Shown here in pieces: positions 15,860 through 27,433 of a DNA stretch of 64,000 nt. The notes beneath the pieces are model-generated. The model was not told where the DNA came from. It saw only the letters and a program-made list of their open reading frames with translations, and ran no database searches. A program made the translations under genes and the position numbers. Source of the DNA: the human T2T-CHM13v2.0 reference genome, Homo sapiens; the NCBI RefSeq assembly GCF_009914755.1, contig NC_060928.1, one strand, 5' to 3'. How positions within the stretch are numbered: position 1 is the first letter of the stretch; each line of letters starts with the position of its first letter.

Positions 15860-17550
15860 TTTCCCATCCTTCTCCCTTTTCCGTAAAACTCTCAAAAATA
15901 GGTGTCTGTTCTCACTGTTTCCCACTTCTCTCTTCCCATTCTCTCCCAAAGTCCCTTTAGTCAGACTTTTGCTCCAACCACTTTATTAAATTAGCTGTTG
16001 TCAAGGTCACCTGTGACCTCAGAATTGCTAGATCCAATTGTCGATTCTTAGCTCTTGTCTTACTGGACATATCAACAGCATTTATTACCCTTGCTCACTT
16101 CTTCCTTCTAGAAACCCTTGCTTCCCTTGACTTCCAGGGCACCATCCTCCCTTGGTTTTTCTCCTTTCTGGTGTCTCTCTCTTTCTCTCACTCTTTTTTC
16201 ATCTCTCTCTCTCTCTGACCTTTATTTCCTACTATTGGAGAGCCCCAGGGCTCAGTCCTTGGTCCTCTTCTCTTCTCCATCTGCACTCACTGCCTGAGTG
16301 ATCTCATCCAGTTTCATAGCTTTAAATATCACATACAAATTGGTGACTCCCACGTTTATATCTCTTAGCCAGACATCTCCATTCTATTTCAGAGTCTTGC
16401 ATCCAACACCACCATTTACATCTCCATGGAATAGATGCTTTGAACATGAGTGTCCCCAGCTGACTCCTCATCTCTCTCTACAATTGCTCCATTGGCAGTT
16501 TTCCCATCTAAGTTAATGGTAACTCTAGTTGCTCAGGCCAACAGTATAAAGAATTATACATGACTTCTTTTTTCCACTCTCACATCCAGCCTATTGGGAA
16601 ATTCTAGAGGCTCATTTTCAAAAATACACCAACACATGACAATTATTAGCAGTTGCACTGCCATTTCCTAGGCTCAAACCAATGTCGTCTTTCACCTGAA
16701 TTGTTCCTCAGCTTCCTAAATAATCTCTCAGACCCCACCCATTTATCCTACCTCATGTCTATTCTCAACACAGAAGCCAAAGTGTAGAAGTGAGACCATG
16801 TTAATCATCTTCCCAAAACCTTCCCTTGGCTCCTTTTAAACTCAGTAGAATTGCCCAAGCTCCACAACCTGCACCTCCACCATGGCCTTCCCAGTGTGAT
16901 TTCCTGAGTCTTCTCCCTCTGTCATCGTCTTGGCCACACTCTCTTTCTGCTGTCCCTAAAGTGCTCCAGGCATAGGCCTTGCTCAGGGCACTTGCACTGT
17001 CTGTCTTTGTTGACACTGATTATCATCCCCCAGATACCTGCATGACTTACTCCCTCAACTTTGCAAGACTTTGTAGAGGCATAATTTCAATGAGGCCTCT
17101 CATTACTATGCTCTATGAAACCGCAGCAGTCTGTAGCATTTTCCGCCCACCTCACTCTTTTTTGTATCCAAAGCAGTTATCACTTTCTAATGACTTTTCT
17201 AATCATCACTTTTTTTTCAGATGAACATATTTTTCCCCTTTGTTTTATTAATGTGGTAAATTCCACAGATGGATTTTTGAATACATACAAAGTCAGAAAA
17301 GAAAAAAATAATGGCACAATCTTTGTTTGTTTTTCTTTCCCACGTATAGATTTATCTTAATTCTGTAGGATTTAACGGTATGAACATAATGTACTATATA
17401 CTTAGTAATCTTTTACATTATTGACCATCCTTTCCCCACTAGAATATAAGCTCTGTGAGGGTAGGGATTCTTGACTCTGTATCCACAATGCCTAGACAGT
17501 GCCTAGCATATGGTAGGAGCTCAGTAAATACTTGTCGAATGAATAAATGA
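15860..17550 (+). mobile_element. L2a, long 3' portion with intact end
   Basis: TGTCAAGGTCACC...CCCCAGGGCTCAGTCCTTGGTCCTCTTCTC...TAGAATATAAGCTCTGTGAGGGTAGGGA...GAATGAATAAATGA. A non-L2 insert probably lies near 17200-17420. Confidence 0.9.
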
Positions 17551-17725
17551 GGGTTCTTCTTCCTGTCCTCTTGATAGTTCATCTTCTTTCCCCATTCCTT
17601 GCTTAACTATAACTTTTGGCAAGTTTTCTCTTCGAATACTTTTGAAGTATTCAAATACTTCGAATACTTCAAATACTACTCACCATCCATTCATCTATCC
17701 CTCTCTACAATACATACTTAGTGAA

Positions 17726-18144
17726 AGCATTAGGCTGTTCTTGCATTGCTGTATAGAGGAATACCTGAGAATAGGTCCTTTATAAAGAAAGGAGGTTTCA
17801 TTGGCTCTCCGTTCTGCAGGCTGTGCAGGAAGCATGTTGCTGGCATCTGCTTGGCTTCTGGGGAGGCCTCAGGAAGCTTACAATCATGGTGGAAGGCAAA
17901 GGGGACCCAGGGGAAGCAGGCACATTGCATAGCAGGAGTGGGAGCAAAAGAAAGAGAGGGGGAAGTGCCATACACTTTGAAACAACCAGAATTTTTTAGA
18001 ACCCATTCAGTAACATGGGGACAGCACCAAGCCATGAGGGATCCACCCCTATGAAACAAACACCTCCCACCAGGACCCACATCCAACATTGGGATTACAT
18101 TTCAACATGAGATTTGGGTGGGGACAAATATCCAAACTATATCA
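17726..18144 (-). mobile_element. MSTB-like solo LTR
   Basis: GGCATCTGCTTGGCTTCTGGGGAGGCCTCAGGAAGCTTACAATCATGG...CCAAACTATATCA; TSD GTGAA/CTGAA. Confidence 0.93.
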
Positions 18145-18849
18145 CTGAACATATTCTTTGTTCCCCAAACTGTGCTAAAAATCTAAAGTGAGTAAGAAAC
18201 AGTTTCTTTCCTCAAGCTCACTCTTCTGTGGATGCCTACAGACATCTTGGAATTAGGTTTGGCCTCTAATGAGTTTCCATGTCAAATGACGGACTGAATC
18301 CCCCATTTCCTTATAACTTTCTGGAAGCCATTGTAACTACTTGGGTGGGCAATAGCTCTCAGCTGTTGGGTTGGGAAGAAAGGCTGAGAACCACTTGCCT
18401 GTAATGATGGAAGCTGTAAGTGATGCTTCTTCAGGAAGTGTGTGATCTGCTGATTTGGAGCCTCATGTTTGTCATTTGTCACCTTGGTCTGGATGGGACA
18501 GATGACAAGGGCTCCCTTACCTTTTTGTTTAGGCCAAGTAGTCACATGTGTACCCCTGGTGAATGTGGAGCTTTTGGGGAGCAACATGAAGAGGCTCTCG
18601 TTTGTCCCAAGAAGACTGCACTGTTCCCTGAGCCTCTAGTGCTGTTGAGTTGATGAATTCCACCTTGGCTGAGGACTCTTCTGCTCATGACTCGGCTTCC
18701 TAGTCCTCCCTTGTCACCTGCCCAGCTCTGATTCAACCCTGGAGGCTAAAGGGCCTAAAACATGTAAATGGAATGGGAAGCTTGTGCAGGGGCAATCAGT
18801 CTCCCCACTCCTTTATCAGAACTTCCCACCCCAAAACTATCTCTTTATT

Positions 18850-19110
18850 TGTAGGAAATGGAATGCAGGCTTAGGGATAAAATAAGCCCAGGATTGCATG
18901 GCAGCCTTATCATTTTCTAGCTGTTTGGGTTTGAGCAAGTCAATTTGCTCACTTTGAGCCTCAGTTTCTCCCTCTGTAAAATGGTGATAATAACAACTGC
19001 TTTACTGGATTGCTGAGAGGATTAAACGATGTAATGTTTGTACAACACTTGCTTCAGGGCCTGACATATAATGATCAGAAACTATATGATGGTTATTATT
19101 ATTATTTAAG
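18850..19110 (+). mobile_element. MIR
   Basis: GAGCCTCAGTTTCTCCCTCTGTAAAATGG core. Confidence 0.85.
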
Positions 19111-19961
19111 GACTTTTATTTTCACATATGTGAAAAGTTGTGTTTGCTGTGCTGGTTGTCAGTTGTTTTTAGACAGTGTCTCAGAGGAACAAGATTTGAA
19201 AATATTATTATTGGCACAATACAAAACAAAACAAAACAGAAAAACAACAAACCATTTCAACAGGCTCCCAGGCAGATGCTGATACTCAATCATTGTGGCT
19301 ACAAAAAAGAAAGACAGGGGCTTTTTTTGCCTTGTGGTGCGGGAGTGTTTGACATGCTTCAAATAGCCTCCTGTAATAGGGGAGCAGAAGGCCACCCCCT
19401 ATCAGGGCAGGAAGTTTCTCTCATCTGACGAAGGAAAAGAATGTGCTTCTTGGCCTCTGTTCTCCCCATGCTATCTTTGTACTCCCTAGATGCCTTCAAC
19501 TGCTTTGCACAGCTAGGGACAGGTTCTGGGCACCTGCTCTGTTTACAATACCAGCTCCAAAAATGAGCCCAGATATCTGATTACAGGCCAATGTCTGCAA
19601 AAACAGCCTTTTCTTTTTCCCCACTGTGAAGCTAGATTTCTGGGGTTGAGTAAGGAGTATCACAGTTCTTGTAGCAGAGGGACAACTCTGTCCTTATTGT
19701 GCCTTTCCACAACTGATATTCCTAGGGTAGTCCCTAGGAGTCCTATGCCCTGGCCTCAGGGTCAAGGAGGAGGAGGGTCTTGTGGACCCTGTCTTCCATT
19801 CCCCTCACTAATTCCCTGCACCCCTCCTCTTCTGTCACCAGAATCTTCCACTCTACTTTGCAGCAACATTGGCTTTGAAATGATGTGGTTGTTTTCCAGA
19901 AAGTTCACTAGTCCTTCCAGAACTTTTTTTCTTGTTTTATTCAGACTAAAACATTGTTAAA

Positions 19962-20150
19962 TGCAGTGTGATATAGAAGAATGCTTCTTATAGCAACATG
20001 CTTTGGCTTTGGCTCAAATTTCAGCTGTATTACTTTCTAGCTGTGTTTCCTTGGGCAAGACACTCAATGTTTCAGAGATCCAGTGTTCCCTTCAGATAAG
20101 AAAGGATGATAATATATACCTTCAGGGTTGTTTAAGAATGAAATAAGCTG
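19962..20150 (+). mobile_element. MIR
   Basis: CTAGCTGTGTTTCCTTGGGCAAG core. Confidence 0.75.
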
Positions 20151-20295
20151 GGGTTTGAAAGATCTCAAGAACTATTAGTTACTCTTGGTTATTTCTCTAA
20201 GACTTTCTGTAAACTAAACTCCTTAGACAAAGAGGAAAGACAGGTAGGTTAGAATAGTGACAGCAGGAAAGTGAGTACAGAATCGAGATAGGCAT

Positions 20296-20825
20296 TGTAT
20301 TTGTTTACTAGATCTGCTGTAACAAAGTACCACAAACTGAATGCCTTAAGACAATGGAAATTTATAGTCTTACAATTCTGGAGGCTAGAAGTTCAAGATC
20401 AAGGTGTTAGCAGGGCCATGCTGTCTCTGGTCGCTTTGGGGAGAACCTTTCCTTGCCTTTTCTAGATGTTTGCTGATAATTTTTGGTGTCCCTCAGCTTG
20501 TAGATATATCTATCCTTGTCTTTTCTAGCTGGTATTTTCTGACAGTTCTTAAGGTTTCTTAGGTGGTAGATACATCACTGAAATCACATAGCCATCTTCT
20601 CCCTATGTGTCTAAATATCATCTTCTCTCTGTGCTTGTCTGTCTCTGTGTATAAATTTCCCTCCTTTTTAAAGGGCACCAGTCATATTATATTAGGACCT
20701 ACCAGAATGGCCTCATTATAACTCAATCATCTGCAAAGATCTATTTCCAAATAAGGTCACATTTATAGGTGCTTGGTGTTAGGGCTTTAACATATTTTTG
20801 GGGGGACAAAATTTAACTAATAACA
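20296..20825 (-). mobile_element. MLT1B/C-like solo LTR
   Basis: CTGCTGTAACAAAGTACCACAAACTG...TTCTGGAGGCTAGAAGTTCAAGATCAAGG...TTCCAAATAAGGTCACA; TSD GGCAT/AGCAT. Confidence 0.92.
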
Positions 20826-20988
20826 AGCATTAATACATTATTGTATTTTATATCTTTTTTTTTTGCTAAGTAATGCAATCTTTTTTTTCGTTTACTCTAT
20901 TTTTCTTGGCAGTGGTTCTTACTTGTTTCTTCTAAGAGATGAAGAGATTCACCCCCTAATTAGGCTATTCTACCCATGTTTCCTAGAA

Positions 20989-20999
20989 TCTATCTATCC

Positions 21000-21048
<49 letters not shown>

Positions 21049-21089
21049 ATATCTATGTATCTATCTTCTATCTACCATCTATATAGATA
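20989..21089. repeat. (TATC)n / GATA tetranucleotide STR
   Basis: 11 perfect TATC units at 21002-21045 with degenerate flanks. Confidence 0.97.
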
Positions 21090-21210
21090 CGTAACTTTTC
21101 TTTTCATATGGAACTTTCATTTTCTTCACTGGTGATAGATATATGTGTGGACTCTATAAAAGATTACATGTATTAGACTCTTTGCTTATTGGATGTTGAA
21201 AAGACACCAG

Positions 21211-21314
21211 AAGTAATAACAGTAGTTAATTTCACAGGAGGAAAACATACTTTCTTTAAATAAAGTAATAACAGTAGTTAATTTCACAGGAGGAAAACAT
21301 ACTTTCTTTAAATA
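21211..21314. repeat. Perfect 52-bp tandem duplication
   Basis: AAGTAATAACAGTAGTTAATTTCACAGGAGGAAAACATACTTTCTTTAAATA occurs twice (21211-21262, 21263-21314). Confidence 0.98.
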
Positions 21315-23773
21315 GTGAAAGAGCCTTTTCATTTAAAATATTTGTTTAGTGAAAGAAACAGCTCTATCAGTTAAAACAATGTCTTCTGTGAGAGAATCAT
21401 TCAGCAACATTTCCTGCTCCAGACAATCGCGCTGGTATATACACAGCAAATCATTTCAATTTACCAACTGTTCTGAAATTATCTGACCAAGCAGAAAGCA
21501 TTAATTCGAATCCTGTTACAAATGGACATTGAAATAGGGTCATGAACCTTGGAGGAGATGAGGAAGAATCATCTTCTCTCTGATTTGGAATGGTCACGTT
21601 TATCATTGTTCAGTGTTTTTCCTCTTTTTATTTGTAATTAATGGCACACTGCAGTTCAGGTCTGCTGGTCTTAATCTACAAACTAGGCCATTAGCAGCAC
21701 CAGTCTGCATGATGGCATACCAATTAAAATTAGGAGATTAAAGAATAATGTTCCTTGCCTGGGACCAGTTCGCATACCAATGACAATTTCCCTGGCTGTT
21801 GAATGAGGAAAGACTTAAATGACAATGAACTTGGTATCATTACATTTAGGGGACATTAAATGGGTAAGGGGAGATGGGAGGGTAAAGGGTGAGTATGTTA
21901 GGGTACTGGGAATTAAAAGACAGAGACAGAAGTTTTTTTTGTATTTATTTTACTATTTGCCTGTTTATTTTTTACTTTCCACAAATATAGAAATTCTATC
22001 TAAATTAAAAGTGGTTCCTATTGAGGGAAAAGATAGTCAAATTCTGTATTTCTCCATTCCCAAAAGATCTTAGAGTTTTTTTTTTTCTTTTTCTTCTGTA
22101 AAATAAGAAAAGGATATCTAGCCTTGTATTACAGCCAGTGTTGGAGAGATGGTACAATAAATAAGTTCAGGATTCAATCTTAGAATTTTTAGAAGATGTC
22201 TAAAGAAGGGTTCTGAAACAAGAAATGGAAATTCACGGAATTTAGCTGAAAAATAGAAAATATATTGTAGGCTTAGCCCATATAAATCTAGAGGCCCTCA
22301 TGTCCTATGTCTCAGTACCCAGCCATTTTCATACCAGCATAGTCCAGCTTCCAAAATATATTAAATAAGAATATTATTTTCTTGGGTCCTCTGAAGAACA
22401 TTAAAAATAACCTAATTCACAAACCACAGTAATACTTGCACAGATCTCCTACCTGTTTCTCTTGATCCCTAGACCTTTCCAGAGTCTCATTCAACAAGCT
22501 ACCTCTAGAACTTTTCTGACAGTCAATGCTCCCCCAGTTTTATTTTTCTATTTTGGTACATGTTCTCTGGCTTTTTAAAACCTTTCTGATTCAGGCAAGA
22601 ATTCTTCCCAGTTTCCTCCCATTTTGCCAGCACTTTACCTAGAACCTCCAACTTAAAGGAAAACTGGCCTGCAAAAATAAAGTTCATCTAAGTATGGATA
22701 AAGGGAGACCATTGGCAGAGGCTAATGAGGATAAAGGGGAAGGTTAAGAGCATCCATACACCGATAATTTTTGTCCCTGATGCTCTTGGGTCATTCCCCA
22801 AGCAACTGGAAGGATGTCAGAAACTCACCACTTCTATCTTTCTTGTTCTTGAGCCACGTCGTTTATCATTCATGATGTAGATCTGCTTGATTTTTCTCTG
22901 ACTGAAGCTATTCATCGGCTTGCATATGGCTCTTAAAAATAGACCACCTCAAAATGGCAGCCTCAGTTCCTGTGTTTTTATGATCTTCTAACTGGCATTG
23001 CTTTAATTAAGTGATTTCCAGGAGATAATTCCTAGGAGAAAGAATCTAATGGCTCAATTTGTTTCAGACATTTACTTCATGTCCAATAAACTATGGCCAA
23101 AGAGTTTCGGATCATGCTGCTTGTGCATTAGGAGATGATAGTGCTTGAGGGCTTGTCAAGGTGGAGGGGAGTCGGGGAAGGGGAAGAGAGTAAATAATGT
23201 GGCATATTCAGTCCAGAAGATGTACTTAAACTTCTATAAAGTGTTGTTGTTATTTCAAACTCAACTCGTTTTGCACATCAGTCCATTAGGCTTTGTACTG
23301 AGTCCTGATTGTGTAACTGAGTGCCTTTGGACACTATTACCTGGTTTCCCTGGAGTTGACTTAAAAATCTGTTTGGAAGCTTTTCCAACTGAGCAATCAG
23401 TGACCTGCTACTTCCTTCAAGATTATGAAAACTTCTGGTGACAATTGCATGGGATTCATCTTTGGAGGATACTTGAGGAGAGAAGACAGAGTTAGTGCAG
23501 TTGAAGATGTACTGAAAATCCGGGTAAGCCCCCAGTGATTTGTGCTCTGGAGAAACTGATGGTTTTATTTCTCTTGGTCTGCCAAACATGTCCACTAACC
23601 TTAACAGAAAGGCATAATTCTCGAACTACAATCATTGACCTGTTGAATTAAGCCTGACTTCTAAAAGATACAGGTACTTCAAATTCAATAGGCCACAAAT
23701 TGTACTCCCTATACCCTTCTACATGCACACCAAAACAAGAAACACTTTTCATTCCTCATTTTCCACTATGATT

Positions 23774-23775
<2 letters not shown>

Positions 23776-23813
<38 letters not shown>

Positions 23814-24292
23814 GCTTTAAGTTCTGGGATACATATGCAGAATGTGCAGGTTTGTTGCATAGTATGCCATGCCACGTTGCATAGGTACACCACATGCCAT
23901 GGTGATTTGCTGCACCCATCAACCCCTCATCTACATTAGATATTTCTCCTAACAGTCTCTCTCCCCTTGCCCCCACCTGCTGACAGGCCCCGGTGTGTGA
24001 TGTTCCCCTCCCAGTGTCCATGTGTTCTCATTGTTCAACTCCCACTTATGCGTGAGAACATGTGGTGTTTGGTTTTCTGTTTCTGTGTTAGTTTGTCAAG
24101 AATGATGGTTTCCAGCTTCATCCATGTTCCTGCAAAGGACATGAACTCATCCTTTTTTTATGGCTGCATAGTATTCCATGGTGTATATGTGCCACATTTT
24201 CTTTATCCAGTCTATCATTGATGGGCATTTGGGTTGGTTCCAAGTTTTGCTATTGTGAACAGTGCTGCAATAAACATATGTATGCATGTGTC
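23776..24292 (-). mobile_element. 5'-truncated L1PA (PA6/PA7-like) 3' end with (TTA)n tail
   Basis: TTTAAGTTCTGGGATACA...GACAGGCCCCGGTGTGTGATGTTCCCC; TSD TCCACTATGATT at 23762 and 24291. Confidence 0.95.
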
Positions 24293-25410
24293 CACTATGA
24301 TTAATGTTATCTAATTATTCAAGATAGGAAGTAATTAGAAAGTATCCAAAATTAAGATGATTTTTGCTTGAACTATTCCTACAGGCCCTAACTCTTCTAT
24401 CTTCTCCAAATGTTATATGTTATCTATTTCTAATCCATTTCTAATATGGGTTAGAAATATCTTTTTGAAAATAAAAAATAAAATTTTATGGCTTCTTATT
24501 TTCTAAAGGACAATTCAAAACTGCTTTATAAAAGCCTTTCATTGATCTTATCCTAATCTACCTTCAGAATTTCTGAAGTCTCATTACCTGTCACCTCTTT
24601 TCTTCTTGTTTTCTTATTCACTAAAATACCCTCAAGGCTTAGAATGATACCTGGGACATAGTAGGCACTCAATAAATTTTGTTTAATCAATTTCTTTTTA
24701 CCATTGTCATTGTTATCCTCTTTCTTTGCTTATGAAATTGGTCTTTCTTATTTTCTTCTTTTTTGTATCAGTTTCTAAATCTTTTTCTTCTTCTTTTAAT
24801 TCTAAATATGTTTGTGTTCATCCATATTCTTCCTGGTTTTCAAATCTATGTGTGAGTGCATCTTCACCTCTGACTTTATCCCTTGAACTTTAATAACAGA
24901 GTATTTGATTAAGCCTTTCTTTAGATTCGTGTTACTTTTGTCAAGGAAGATAAAAGTAGTGTGTTCACTTATAAGATCATAAATGTGGTCACACACTGAT
25001 ATTAGTAAGAATGACCCTGAGCCACAGACTAGAAGGGCTAGACTGCAGTATTGGTTGATGGGAATATGGACCTTTTGCCTACTTATTCTGATGTCTCATA
25101 GTTTGGCTTCTACTAATGTTCACCTGCTGCTACTATCCTTGCTAGTCTCCATTCAAGGGTCCAGTTTTTAATCTGTCACTGTGGTTTCTGTGGCTGCTAA
25201 AGTTAATCTCAACATGCTGGTCATCTTGCTGGTGCAAGGAGAATGATTTTCTCTCCCATCAGCAACTTTGTTCTTCCACTTAGCTTCTTGTAGATTTCAA
25301 AATGTGACAATCACTTTTCTTAATTACCAAGAGGTCAGGCTTACTTTTTAAAATTCCTTAGAGCCCCTTGCTGTAACAATTGAGCCCTGTACCCCTTGGG
25401 TCAGGGTAGA

Positions 25411-25873
25411 TGTTACAAAGAGTCTCTCCAGTCAAGCTCCTCTGAACTCTCTTTTCAGTTAGGCCTAGACTATTGGACTTAAACATCTGTCTTTGCATTA
25501 TCCAATTTTAGCAAAAATCCTCTTAAGTCAGTTTAGAGAGATCCCTGCATGTAGATATCCCATCACCTTAATATCTGATCAAATTCCTTATCCTCACAGT
25601 TCTTGAGGTGATATCTGATCACCCTGGCCTGGCTTCAGCAAGAATCCTCTTAAGTCGGTTTAGCCAGTATCCTCCACAACCCTAATGTTTCCTCTATCCA
25701 TCCACTGATACCTCACTCTACACCTTGGCTATAAATCCCCACTTTTCCTTATCATAGTTTGAATTGAACTCATTTCTATACTGAGGGCTTTTTTTGTGTG
25801 TCCTCTATCACAATGCTTTCCAAATAAAATCCGTTCTTACCACTTTACTGTCAGGTCTGTTTTTTCATCAACA
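25411..25873 (+). mobile_element. MER31-like ERV1 solo LTR
   Basis: ACAAAGAGTCTCTCC..GTCAAGCTCCTCTGA; repeated AGCAA(A/G)AATCCTCTTAAGTC(A/G)GTTTAG; TATAAA at about 25730; AATAAA at about 25823; ends in CA. Confidence 0.8.
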
Positions 25874-26106
25874 GGGGACATTTTGGATAATACCTTATAT
25901 GGTTTTATTCAAAGGCGTACCCTACATTTAGTCAACAAATGGAGCCTAAACCTTTTAATTACCTCGGGGTGATTTTTCAGCTCCTATGAGACACTCCCTG
26001 ACTGATCATCTTTCTCTGTCCTCTAGATTTTGATTGGGATACTAAATCCTATTGAACTGGGCTCAATGACCCTTTCAGTTTTAGGAAGGAGAAACTACTG
26101 TGGCTA

Positions 26107-26132
26107 TTTTTTTTTTTTTTTTTTTTTTTTTT
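26107..26132. repeat. Poly(T) tract
   Basis: Uninterrupted T run with no attached SINE body. Confidence 0.9.
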
Positions 26133-26599
26133 AGCAGAAAGAGGTTTAAACCTAGGAGCTTAAGAAATCTTTGGAAGTTGATGTGTTTTGGATGTGGCTG
26201 GGCCCATGGGAATATCCCTGGAACTAATGCACTAGACTGGTCTCCCAGGGAAGCTGCTTCCTCTGCTAGGAATATGGGGAATTAAGAGGCCCCCCCTGGA
26301 GCTGTGGTCCTCATGAACACCCCAGTTTGGCTGTGGTATAGGGCCAGTTTCATGACTTATCCCAACTTCTGTGAGGCACAGGGCTGGATGTCAAATGCTG
26401 TGGCAGTAAACCCCAACATTTGCCACAGGAAAACCAAAACAGCAGGAAGAACTCCACCTCATGCTCAACTTCTAAAATCTCATGTGAGTGTTTATAATGA
26501 GCAGAAACTAATTTGTATTCAGAAATCTGTCTTCAAGGGAATATGGGAGATATAGCTTTTAACTTTTTGCGGTACAAGAAGGAAGCTGGTGTAGATGAC

Positions 26600-27180
26600 A
26601 AATGAGCTGAACCTCTGTAATTCATCACAGGCCCATGTCAAACATCAGGATTAGACCGCTGCTTCTCACTCAGACTCCAGACTTCCAAAGGCATGGCTGG
26701 AAAGTGGGCCACATGATCTGCAAGCAGATGTATCCCATGGTATCCCACTTCCCAGGCACTGCTGTTGGGCAGGGAGGAATCTCTGACTGAAGGCCAGTGA
26801 ATTCATTGCTTCACCAACAGATAACCAGAATCTATCTCTTGGGAATTTGAACTAAGCAGAGGCACATAGCAGAAGGTCTGACTAAAAAGACCAAATTTGA
26901 AAGATCAGAGGCTGGGGTCCCCATGGTGGGCCTTGTGTAACATAAGTACACAGAGGCATTTAGGAAGAGAAACAAGAAAAACAGAGCATATAAACAGATA
27001 CAGAAATAGGCCTCTGAGGAACAGAAAGAGAAGTCTCAGTTTCTGAATTTACCATTTCCAGAGAGGCCCGACTACGTTTAGTTTCCTGCCTTTGGATATT
27101 GTAACAACCCCTACTTCTGTGTTTTTCTTGAACTAGTTTGAGTGAGCTTCTGTTCTTTACAATAAAATTGATTCAAGTAA
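26600..27180 (+). mobile_element. Old ERVL-type LTR (LTR16/LTR33-like)
   Basis: CCAGAATCTATCTCTTGGGAATTTGAACT...CTAGTTTGAGTGAGCTTCTGTTCTTTACAA. Confidence 0.5.
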
Positions 27181-27340
27181 AAAGGTACAACTTTTGGATG
27201 CCATTTACTTATATATTAGCATTTTGTTGGGGAAAAATTCCTCACACATACTTATTATCCTTATATGAATTTTCTAGCTTCTCTACTCCTGAAGAGAAGG
27301 GAGTTTAACGTGGGTTAAGAGAGGTATTTGGCCAATCTAT

Positions 27341-27433
27341 ATTAATCAATCTATCAATCTATCTATCTATCCACTTACTCTAACAATATCAAAATACTAC
27401 ATATGTGTGCACACATGCACACACACACACATG
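27341..27433. repeat. Short (TCTA)n and (CA)n microsatellites
   Basis: ATCTATCTATCTATC and CACACACACACACA read directly. Confidence 0.8.
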
